Source of the DNA: Microcoleus sp.
GTDB taxonomy: Bacteria; Cyanobacteriota; Cyanobacteriia; Cyanobacteriales; Microcoleaceae
DNA: 34,215 nt
Assembly (NCBI GenBank): GCA_039922675.1
Contig: JBDTEI010000575.1
Location: forward strand, 1 to 34,215
Direction: 5' to 3'
Both the position numbers and the translations under genes were made by a program. The notes beneath the pieces were generated by a model that worked only from the letters and a program-made list of their open reading frames with translations, did no database searches and was not told where the DNA came from. The first letter of the stretch is position 1. Each line of letters begins with the position of its first letter. Below, one piece after another: positions 17,752 to 26,571 of this stretch.

Positions 17752-18937
17752 AATAAATCCAGAAATACGCAACAGCTAAGGTTAAAACAGTCAGAGGTAG
17801 ACCAAACCGTAAATGTTCCCAAAAAGACAAATTATAGCCGAGTTTAGCAACAGCCTCAGCAACAATTAAATTAGCAACGGAACCGAGCAGAGTGAGATTG
17901 CCAGCCAATGTTGAAACCGAGGCCAGTAACAACCAAGTTTTTGGATCTGGATGAGGAATCAAATGTTGCAATAGCAGCACTGCCGGAACATTAGAAACTA
18001 AATTTGAAAGCAAAGCCGTCACCCCCAATATGCTCAAGGGAGTGTGAACAAATCCTCCAAATAAACCTAATATTCCTAATTTTTCCACCCCTTGAGTAAC
18101 CACAAACAGTCCAGCAAACATCACCAACAAATCCCAGTCTATTTTCTTCAAAATGCGATCGGGTTTGACTCGTCTCGTGATGAATAGTAAACCGGCGGCT
18201 ACTAAAGTGGCTTCAGATGGCGGTACACCAATTAAAAATGCTACTAATAATCCTCCCGTTATTAAGAGACTTTTAGTTAATAAAGGTTTGAAAACACGGT
18301 AGCGCAAAGGAGTTTCAATTAAACAAGGGTTGGTAGAGCGAACTTCAGGATAGAGCCACCATAGCAGCCCGATCTGTATTAGCAGACTTACCAATGCGAT
18401 CGGAGTCAAGGCTTTGGCAAAGTCTAGATAGCTAATCCCCGAAAATGAGCCAATCAAAATATTTTGAGGATTGCCGCTCAAGGTAGCAACAGAACCCAAA
18501 TTAGTTGCTCCAGCTAAGGCAAGCAGGTAGGGAATAGGATTAAGGTTAAGAGCTTGGGTTAAGCCTAAAATTAAAGGAGTAAGAATTAGAGCAACGGTAT
18601 CATTGAGAAAAAAAGCAGATAGTATCCCGCTTCCCAATGTTAAAACAATTAGTAAACTGAAGGGACTCCGGGTGAATCGCATCACTGTATCAATCGCTAA
18701 TTGAAAGAAACCGGAGCCAGCCAGGTTAGCGCTAATCACCATCATACTGAACAGGAAAATCAGCGTTTTATAGTCGATCGCACTCCAAGCTTCTTTCAGG
18801 TCTAAAACTCCCAACGCCATCAGTAACGATGACCCAACTATGGCAATACTGGCTCGATTCATCCGTAAACCAGGCAGATAGCCTAAACCTAAGCCGATGT
18901 ATGTTAGTCCAATTACGATGAATCTGAGAACACTCAT
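17750..18937 (-). CDS. Anion transporter, ArsB/NhaD (CitMHS/YbiR-like) family
   Basis: Motifs LSAFFLND, ATNLGSVATLSGNPQN, LSNLVSNVPA and STLAGNLTLLGSVANLIV; multi-TM. Confidence 0.9.
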   Translation of the reverse strand: MSVLRFIVIGLTYIGLGLGYLPGLRMNRASIAIVGSSLLMALGVLDLKEAWSAIDYKTLIFLFSMMVISANLAGSGFFQLAIDTVMRFTRSPFSLLIVLTLGSGILSAFFLNDTVALILTPLILGLTQALNLNPIPYLLALAGATNLGSVATLSGNPQNILIGSFSGISYLDFAKALTPIALVSLLIQIGLLWWLYPEVRSTNPCLIETPLRYRVFKPLLTKSLLITGGLLVAFLIGVPPSEATLVAAGLLFITRRVKPDRILKKIDWDLLVMFAGLFVVTQGVEKLGILGLFGGFVHTPLSILGVTALLSNLVSNVPAVLLLQHLIPHPDPKTWLLLASVSTLAGNLTLLGSVANLIVAEAVAKLGYNLSFWEHLRFGLPLTVLTLAVAYFWIY

Positions 18938-19106
18938 GATGCAGAATTTAGCAAGGTTAACAAGAAATCGAAATTTGTCTGCATATCGACGATTAAATAA
19001 TGCGATTCTGGGTCACAAAAGCTGTGTGCAAAAACCATGCCACTCTCAAAAATCACGTGAGCTAGACATCACAGCATAAATGCCCAGGCGACTGAAGTCG
19101 CAGCTA

Positions 19107-20253
19107 TAGCAATCCTAAATCATTATCTACACTTATGATATAATTATATGCAATAATTGATTGTGACAATAAAAAAATGAATAACTTACAACGACCACAG
19201 AAAAATATGGAAAAAGAAAGAGCGGCTTGAGAATCTTTCATTAAAAGTGATCGAACTGTAAGAGGACTCTCTCCGAGCAATAGCTGTAAAAATGGCTATA
19301 GAAGGTAAGCTCTACCATGAAATTAGCAAAATTTTAGGTGTAAGTAAATTTTTTATTGGTGATTGCAAAAAACAATTTAAAACCAAAGGCATCACAGGGA
19401 TCAAACTAGGACATAAATGGTCAAAAGGATATCTAACATCTCTACAAAAAACTGAAGTAATCGACTGACCAAAGAATCAATAATATTGGGATTTCGATCA
19501 GCGAGTTACTTATTTATAGAGAGAATTTGGTGTCAGCCATAAATCAAAACAGAGCTACTATGAACTTTTATCTCTGGCGAAGATTACCTGGAAGAAAACT
19601 CAGAAAATCAATCCCAGATCTGATACCGAACTGGTCAAAAAAAAGCGGAAATAAATTAACAATATTTTAGCCAAAAACAATTCTGGCATAGAATCTGGGG
19701 AAATAATAGTATTTTTTTTAGATGAATTTCATCTACTTCATGGCGATATCAATAACTAAGCTTGGGGTCGCTCGGATCTAAGAATTGAAGTCCCAATTAC
19801 CAATCAAAAAAATAGACAAACTTATTTTGGCGCACGCTCATTATTAAACCAAACAATTCCATGTTAAAGGTTATAAATCTGGGGATGGAGAATCAACAGT
19901 TGAATTCATAAAATACTTACAAAATAAATACAAAGAGCGGAAAATTATTTTGATTTGGGATGGAGCTATTTATCATACATCTGGAGAATTTAGAGATGAT
20001 TTATCAGAAGTTAATCGTGATCGAGAGATGATTGGTCAATCACTTGTATTTTATGTGCTCCCAATGCTCCCGAACAGAATCTAGTTGAAGATATTGGGTT
20101 ACAATCTAAAAACTTTTGACGAAAGTATTGGTATTTATGTAAGTCTTTTAAAATCATCAAATTTTTGTTTTAGTTTTTCACAAAGAAACATAAATTTGAT
20201 TTCCCCAAAATCCATAAGTACACCTATACATAGAAAATGATGTAGGATTGCTA
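19107..20253 (+). mobile_element. IS630 family insertion sequence with a decayed transposase
   Basis: TIRs TAGCAATCCTAAATCATT / AATGATGTAGGATTGCTA, flanked by TA at 19105-6 and 20254-5. Remnant peptides include HEISKILGVSKFFI (HTH), KSKQSYYELL..AKITWKK, FFLDE, IWDGAIYH and APNAPEQNLVED; multiple stops and frameshifts. Confidence 0.9.
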
Positions 20254-20303
20254 TATGTGCTTGTCATTTTTTCTAAGTTGTTTCACGGAATAATCATGTC
20301 ATG

Positions 20304-21596
20304 CTATTCAGAAAAAGGGGTTTCACCTAAATTGACTTTTTTTCCACCCGACTGACAGGAAAGCTTGCCATTCTCGAAAGTGGGTTTGTATTGTTTAATG
20401 CGATCGGGCGAGATGTATTCTTTTCTATGTTCGCAGACTATTTCGATTGTTTGCGGCTTGCTATTATTCTTATTGGAAGTGACAAAAACGCCACCTACAT
20501 AGGCAGTGGTAGACCCATCGTGAGGGTCAATAGCGTAGCTAAATGTAGCTTGAGAGCTAGTGTCAATCCAGACTCGATGAATAAAGTCTAAATCATCTAT
20601 TCTCTTTTCTGGAATGTTAAGTTTTAGCTCTGACAAAGAACTGGCAAAACTACGAGTTTGGGAATAACGCTCTTGTTGAGCGCGGTTAATGGTTGGAATA
20701 AAGTTGTCCGCATCCATCCCAGATGTCTGAGGGCCACACAAGGGAATGCCAAATTTAAGAACTGGATCGGCTGGGCGAGTTTGACCGGGAGAGTTCGCTT
20801 CGCAGACAGCTCCCAGAGGTATTATTTTATCTTTCGTTATTTGGGAGCTAGTATCAGCTAGGGGAACTAAGAAAACCCCTCCAACGTAGCTTTTCAGTTT
20901 CTCATTACGAGATATAGCATAGTAGAATATAGCTTGGTCAGTCCTACGATTAGAGAAGCCATAGTCTTCTATTTTTTTTCTCAGATTACCATTAGTGTTT
21001 AACTCATCATCCGACTGAAAAAAAATCAATTTATCTTGATAGTAACGTTGCTGATTTTGACAGAGATATTGAACCTGAAATCTGCCTGAATTCTGGCGAT
21101 TTGCAACAGCCTTTTTGACAGAATAAAAGGAGAAAGTGGGCAGGCTAATTCCTAGAGAAACAAGCACCACAAGCCACCAACTAAATACGCGCACTGAAGA
21201 GATGCGCCGCTGTGATTTTTGTTGAATATTCGTGCTAAGCTCATCACCAGTAAAGTGCTTTTTCTCTACCAGATATAAGAGTAACTCTACTAAAATATTT
21301 ACTTGTCGTGCTAGTCCTTTAGCAGCTTTTGTCCATAGCCATAAGCCAATCATTATAAATAAAACTACACCAAGAATGCCGTTATCTGGTGGTAAGATTG
21401 TCCCTGCTATCATTAAAAAACTTAGAGTTAAACCATAACTTAAAGTTAAAGTAACTATTATAAAAAACATTACAATAATTGTGCGGTATGTTAGTTCACA
21501 AAAATCATTAAAGGACAAGTTGATGATTGCACTAAAACCTCTGGTTAATCCTAGCCATAATTTTTGGCAGAATTGAGCAAATTTTTTCAATAGCAT
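20304..21596 (-). CDS. Membrane protein with two type IV pilin-like G/H domains
   Basis: N-terminal TM segments, then two copies of the Pilin_GH pattern: KLKSYVGGVF...AVCEANSPG...C and TINRAQQERY...FASSLSELKL...YVGGVF...IVCE...C. Confidence 0.75.
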   Translation of the reverse strand: MLLKKFAQFCQKLWLGLTRGFSAIINLSFNDFCELTYRTIIVMFFIIVTLTLSYGLTLSFLMIAGTILPPDNGILGVVLFIMIGLWLWTKAAKGLARQVNILVELLLYLVEKKHFTGDELSTNIQQKSQRRISSVRVFSWWLVVLVSLGISLPTFSFYSVKKAVANRQNSGRFQVQYLCQNQQRYYQDKLIFFQSDDELNTNGNLRKKIEDYGFSNRRTDQAIFYYAISRNEKLKSYVGGVFLVPLADTSSQITKDKIIPLGAVCEANSPGQTRPADPVLKFGIPLCGPQTSGMDADNFIPTINRAQQERYSQTRSFASSLSELKLNIPEKRIDDLDFIHRVWIDTSSQATFSYAIDPHDGSTTAYVGGVFVTSNKNNSKPQTIEIVCEHRKEYISPDRIKQYKPTFENGKLSCQSGGKKVNLGETPFSE

Positions 21597-21737
21597 GATG
21601 TTATTCCTGTCAGGGTGTTGCGATCAGAGTGTCGTTCTAATTGATCGGTGTTGTTTGCTTGTACTGAATATATGAAATGAAAGTTGGATTGTTAATATAA
21701 TTATTAATCTACTTTCATTATGTTGCATGAAATTGGA

Positions 21738-22257
21738 TTATTTTGTTACTTTAGTTGTGCCTGTGCCACAAGCAATTTTACCATTCTCATAGGTAGGTTC
21801 TGCTGGTTTAATTGTACCAGGAGAATCAGCTTCGCACAAGATGGCTGTTGTTTTCATTTCATTCTTAGGAGCATTAGCATCAACTTGGCTAGCAGGAACT
21901 ACAAAGACACCGCTGATATAACTTTTCAGTTCTTTTTGCTTGGAAAATCCATAATTAAATGCTGCTTGCTTGGTTGCACGAGTTGAATATTGGTAGTTTT
22001 TTGTTTCCGTTTCAAGGCCAAGCCCCAGTGCTTCAACTGAATTGGAAAAACTACCTTTTTCTACAAAGTAGGCTTGCTGAGCTTTGTAGATTGACCTAAC
22101 ATATAGTTGTCCTTCTGTTTGCTTTATTAGGCTGACACAATAATAATGGAATAACGAAACCACTAATTACTGGCGTAATAAACATCAACAACAGTAAACA
22201 TCCACAACCCATAGCAATAGGTGAATTACTACCTGACTTAGAATTTTGTTGACTCAT
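21738..22257 (-). pseudogene. Type IV pilin-like G/H family gene, frameshifted near 22120
   Basis: ATG 22257 with RBS AGAGG gives MSQQNSKSGSNSPIAMGCGCLLLLMFITPVISGFVIPLLLCQPNKA, then stops at 22096. The pilin body (KQTEGQLYVRSIYKAQQAYFVEKGSF...LKSYISGVF...ILCEA) continues in another frame (ORF 21738..22163). Confidence 0.8.
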
Positions 22258-22320
22258 AGTATTCTATCCTCTTTGTTTGTAGTAAGGACTTTAGTCCTGA
22301 AAAGCTTAATTAAATTCAGC

Positions 22321-22366
22321 GAGGCCGAGCCTCTGAATCTGCATTCCCAGGCACATCCTGAGAACG
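22321..22366. repeat. TTCCCAGG...CCTGGGAACGA-type palindromic repeat (degenerate)
   Basis: gaggccgagcctc...cattcccaggcacatcctgagaacga. A cleaner copy, cattcccaggctctacctgggaacga, lies at about 23412-23437. Confidence 0.6.
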
Positions 22367-22401
22367 AACAAATCAAAAGCCCCGCTAGCCCAGAAAATCC
22401 C

Positions 22402-22509
22402 ATGTCGGCGGATCAAGTTCTGGTGTTGAGTCTGCTTCTGGGAATTTTATTCGGTTTAGTAAGTGCGGGCTTATTAAAATTGCTTGACAGAATCCGGGGC
22501 TCGAAATGA
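22402..22509 (+). CDS. Possible 35-aa single-TM small protein
   Basis: MSADQVLVLSLLLGILFGLVSAGLLKLLDRIRGSK: one hydrophobic helix and a basic C-terminus; no clear RBS. Confidence 0.35.
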   Translation: MSADQVLVLSLLLGILFGLVSAGLLKLLDRIRGSK

Positions 22510-22585
22510 ACCGCAGATAGCGCTGAGGGCTGAGAGAAGAGAAAGGGAGAAAGTTATTGAGGGTTTATCGGTGTTGGGATTTCCG

Positions 22586-23230
22586 TTAGTTCGCAGCCTT
22601 GACATCTTCCCACCAAACCTGGACGTAAGGCCAGAATGTTTTATCATCATCCAGCTTGACTGTCACTTCGTAGCGATCGATCTGCGTGAGTTCCCCTGTT
22701 TTACCATTGAACTGCAATTGTTGGGGATCGTCGGTGCGAATTTCTACCTTTTGATTCAACAACGGCTGCATCTGCTTTGAAGAACCCTGAAACGGATTTT
22801 TGCCTCTGAGCACGTAGCCACCAATCAAAGATAGGTACATTAAAATTAGGAAAAATACTGTACATACAGTCACAATTAACAGTGTTTTTTGTTGCGAAAA
22901 ATTGGTATAAACGCTCGTAACTCCTACTACCATTGTTCCTAAAAACAAAATAGCCGACAGCATCAACAGCCCATCTCCCAGAAGGCTACAAAACAATATA
23001 AGTACGATCTGACAACCAAATAATGCAGCCACCCAACTCCATCCAGTTAGCAACGATGCAGACAGCAGCCAATTCATTGCTACAATAAGGGCGATCGCAA
23101 TTCCAATGGCCCAAACTGATATCCCAGAATCGTAATATCTGACGGGAAGAACTACATAAAAGAATGTAGCATAAGCGAAACCCGCCAAAGCTAAAGCCAA
23201 TCCACTAATTATTTCGTTCCAGTTCAACAT
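22586..23230 (-). CDS. Hypothetical multi-TM protein with a small C-terminal beta domain
   Basis: About 5 hydrophobic segments, then KVEIR...FNGKTGEL..ID.YEVTVKLD (KOW/SH3-like by eye). Likely start is ATG 23230. Confidence 0.7.
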   Translation of the reverse strand: MLNWNEIISGLALALAGFAYATFFYVVLPVRYYDSGISVWAIGIAIALIVAMNWLLSASLLTGWSWVAALFGCQIVLILFCSLLGDGLLMLSAILFLGTMVVGVTSVYTNFSQQKTLLIVTVCTVFFLILMYLSLIGGYVLRGKNPFQGSSKQMQPLLNQKVEIRTDDPQQLQFNGKTGELTQIDRYEVTVKLDDDKTFWPYVQVWWEDVKAAN

Positions 23231-23480
23231 TGTTAAATTAGGGGACAAATGGTGAAATCTTAATTAATATTTTATCCCATTGTGAGCAATCCAGTCTTGG
23301 ATGCAGAATCTATATTTGTAGGGTGCGCAATGCGCACCTTGGCTTATCTGTAGCGTGTAAAACTACTGTTTTCGTAAGTCCCGTAATCGCGATGTATAGC
23401 ATCAAAATATTCATTCCCAGGCTCTACCTGGGAACGAAGTAAAACCCAGTAACGATAAAAATCAGCAAATCAGAAATGTC

Positions 23481-25328
23481 CTAACCCTTAACTTTCACCT
23501 GCTCGTAAATTACAAACCCAGCCGCCGGTACAGTCAGTGAAATACATTTTACCTTTCTCTCCTCAACCTGCACTTTACTGTTAATTTGCGCGCTGTCTGT
23601 CGAGTAAATGCACTGAAAACTGTCCCCGAGTTCGTGTAAATTGTAGTCGATATTTACCCAAACTGTCAGCGATCGGACATAATCCGTATTAATCGCCAAA
23701 ACCATCTCTTTTTTGTCCAACAAACGCGACCAAGGAACAACGGATCGAATCTCATCCCCCAACATTTGTGGCAAACCAAAATCTTCACCATTACCCGAAA
23801 TCGGTCGCAAATATTGCCGTCCCCTGCGCAAAGTAATTTTTTGCTCCCGGATAGCGAGAATTTTTGCTAATTCTCGATAAACCGGATTGTCTTCATTAAA
23901 AAAGTGCCTGTCTCGACTTTGAAAAGAGCCAAATTTGCCACCAAACATGGTCTCTCTGATGTAGCGGTCGCTATCTCCAGCCCCATTAAAACACTGTTCT
24001 GTACCGTAATAAATGCAAGGAATGCCCAAAGTCATCGCATTCAGAGCTAAAGCATTTAATACTACCTTTTCCCCATTTTCACTGGCACAAAAACGCGCTT
24101 TATTGTTTCCTCTTTCTACCATGTCGTGGTCATCAAACATCGTGACCACTTTATTCTTAAACCAAACGTGAGAATCTTTTTGAATCAGCAGAGAATTGCG
24201 GAACAAAGAAAAATAAATGCTGGGATCGCGATATCCTTTTACCATGTAGGCGAGGCGATCGGGGATTTCGCTAATTCCTAAAGCCGCATTCAAACCAGTC
24301 AGTTCTAAAGTAGAAAAAGCTTGTAGGCGGCCTCCGGTAATCTCGCCGATCAAGTAAAAATTTTCCTTTCCTATTAACTGAGCAAACTCGTGGATAACTT
24401 CAGCAAATAAACGAGTTGCACCTAAATCCACGTGTTTGACGGTATCAACACGAAACCCGTCGATATCGGCATAAGCCATCCAAAACTTGTAAGCTTCGCA
24501 CTGATTCATCAGCGCCTGAGAAGGCTGGTAAAAATCAGTGCTTCCTTCACCTGTATGGATATCTTTCAGACTAAAAAAATCTCCTTCCACATACTCAGGG
24601 TAATTATCCCAATTTCGGATATAACCTTTTTTGTTATAACTGGATGGATCTTGAAATTCTGCTGGCCAAATTGCTCCGTCTGGGAAAGCTTCGGGATACT
24701 TGACTAAATCGATCGCCCCGAAAGGAATAGTCGGTTTGCCTTCTTTGTCGTTAAATCCTTTCACTGTATACGGCCCGGGCCAAAAAGGATTTTCTGCATC
24801 GTAAGTAAATACGTCCCCAACATGGTTGAGAATGATATCTAGAATCACGTAAATATCATTTTGGTGCGCCGTTTCCACAAGTTCTTTCAAATCTTCGCGA
24901 GTGCCGAAATGAGGATCGACATCCAGAAAATTTTGAATGCCGTAACCGTGATAGCTTTCTTGAAAAGCAACTTGTTTAAAAATCGGGCTTACCCATAACG
25001 CTGTCACGCCCAAGCGTTTCAAATAGCCAATTTTACTTGTCAGTCCTTTGAGACTTCCTCCCAGCCATTTTACGCCGGCTTCCCGCCACTGCTGTGCCTC
25101 ATCTGGGGTTTTAATCGCATTGCCGCTATCTGAGGGGGTAAACATCGGAGTAGTCCCACTCGTGACGACTTTCTCCCGATCGTCCTTATAACCGTTTTCT
25201 TTGCCGTCAGAGAAACGATCGAGCATTAAAAAATATAACACTTGGTCTTCCCAAGCAACAGGAGAGGGGAAAAATTTGCGATCGCGCAAAGATGTAAAAT
25301 CTAATTCCCCTAATGTTTTTTCGCTCAT
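23481..25328 (-). CDS. Alpha-amylase family glycosyl hydrolase (GH13), cytoplasmic
   Basis: Motifs YFLMLDRF, LGVTALWVSP, YHGYG, DIILNH, DGFRVDTVKH (nucleophile), LIGEI, FDDHD and GIPCIYYGTE; no signal peptide. Confidence 0.93.
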   Translation of the reverse strand: MSEKTLGELDFTSLRDRKFFPSPVAWEDQVLYFLMLDRFSDGKENGYKDDREKVVTSGTTPMFTPSDSGNAIKTPDEAQQWREAGVKWLGGSLKGLTSKIGYLKRLGVTALWVSPIFKQVAFQESYHGYGIQNFLDVDPHFGTREDLKELVETAHQNDIYVILDIILNHVGDVFTYDAENPFWPGPYTVKGFNDKEGKPTIPFGAIDLVKYPEAFPDGAIWPAEFQDPSSYNKKGYIRNWDNYPEYVEGDFFSLKDIHTGEGSTDFYQPSQALMNQCEAYKFWMAYADIDGFRVDTVKHVDLGATRLFAEVIHEFAQLIGKENFYLIGEITGGRLQAFSTLELTGLNAALGISEIPDRLAYMVKGYRDPSIYFSLFRNSLLIQKDSHVWFKNKVVTMFDDHDMVERGNNKARFCASENGEKVVLNALALNAMTLGIPCIYYGTEQCFNGAGDSDRYIRETMFGGKFGSFQSRDRHFFNEDNPVYRELAKILAIREQKITLRRGRQYLRPISGNGEDFGLPQMLGDEIRSVVPWSRLLDKKEMVLAINTDYVRSLTVWVNIDYNLHELGDSFQCIYSTDSAQINSKVQVEERKVKCISLTVPAAGFVIYEQVKVKG

Positions 25329-25485
25329 TTTGATATGCTCCTAATCTGCGAATACTTTGCAGTCAACCTGGTTGGCAATTTCAGATTAAGGCTATCACAG
25401 ACTTTTGCTACTTGCTGTCGAGGGTTAGAGTCCTGATTAAAGGTAAAACTTAGAAGCTAGAACCCGAAATTTTCCGATAAACAGA

Positions 25486-26433
25486 TTACTTAGGGTCGAT
25501 CGACTTAACAAATTGTTGCACAGGCTGCGGTAGAGCCGGCACAAAAGTCTTTCTAAAACCCCTAACATCGAACACTCGCCATAAAATACCAACCGCTACC
25601 GTCAAGAAAAATAACGCTCCCAACAAATTGAACGCACCAGACAGAAAACCGCCGTCCCTTTTTTTCGGAGGCGTAATATGTTTAATCCGATATATACCCG
25701 GCTCGTAATCTCTCGACTCCTCGCGACTACGGGCCGGCTTTTTGGCGCGCGAAGTCGCACGGGGGCTCCCACTCAAACCCGTTTGATTAGTTTTAGTAGA
25801 ACTACTGGGCGACTTCAACTCGGAATCACCACGCATCGTGAACTGGCTAGTAGAAGTCCCCGTTTTGCCAACACCAGAATTTTGAATTCTACTATTAGAG
25901 CGCTGAGTCGATTGGCGATCGGCTAAAGTGCGCATCAAACTTTGCAATTGCTGAGTCGCCGCCGGCGGGCGTTCCCCTTTCCTCGCCCAATTTAACAGCA
26001 TCGCCGCAGTAATACCGCAGAGATTCGCAGCTCCCACAGAAGATATCCGCTTCAGCAGAGGCTGACTGTTGGACACAAAAACCACCAGTGCCTCGGGGTG
26101 TTCCTGAGCCAAACCGTAAACGCACTGAGCTGTAGCTACAACCAGCATTGCTTGTGCGCTTTGATTTTTAATCGAGGGTTCTAGGGCCCGATGGGTTTCT
26201 TGAGCATCAGTCACAATCCAGCCACTGTCTGCAAAAAAGCGCATAAACTCCCTAGCCACTTGCTCTTGAGCTTTTTCTACCGCTTTCCCTGTCAGATAAT
26301 CTATTTCGTCATACACTACTTCGGGGAGATAGCAACTTCCCACCTTGGCATATTCTTGCCACACTTGGGTTCTGCCAGCCATCAAAACATCCGCATCAAA
26401 AGTTACCAATACAGGAGGAAGTTGATTAGCCAT
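25486..26433 (-). CDS. PIN-like domain protein with a low-complexity linker and C-terminal TM
   Basis: N-terminal VTFDADVLM...CYLPEVVYDEI...VVFVSNSQPL resembles a PIN fold, followed by a Ser/Thr/Arg-rich linker and a hydrophobic helix near the C-terminus. Confidence 0.7.
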   Translation of the reverse strand: MANQLPPVLVTFDADVLMAGRTQVWQEYAKVGSCYLPEVVYDEIDYLTGKAVEKAQEQVAREFMRFFADSGWIVTDAQETHRALEPSIKNQSAQAMLVVATAQCVYGLAQEHPEALVVFVSNSQPLLKRISSVGAANLCGITAAMLLNWARKGERPPAATQQLQSLMRTLADRQSTQRSNSRIQNSGVGKTGTSTSQFTMRGDSELKSPSSSTKTNQTGLSGSPRATSRAKKPARSREESRDYEPGIYRIKHITPPKKRDGGFLSGAFNLLGALFFLTVAVGILWRVFDVRGFRKTFVPALPQPVQQFVKSIDPK

Positions 26434-26571
26434 AACTTTAACCTAGATGCTTAGATCCGTGATTTTTACTTGCTAAATTAAGTTTAAACAAATTCCGAGC
26501 TTTTCTATTGGGTCAATTGATAAATATCTGGGGTGCGCTCAAGCGCACCCAGCCCACCAATGGTCTGATGA

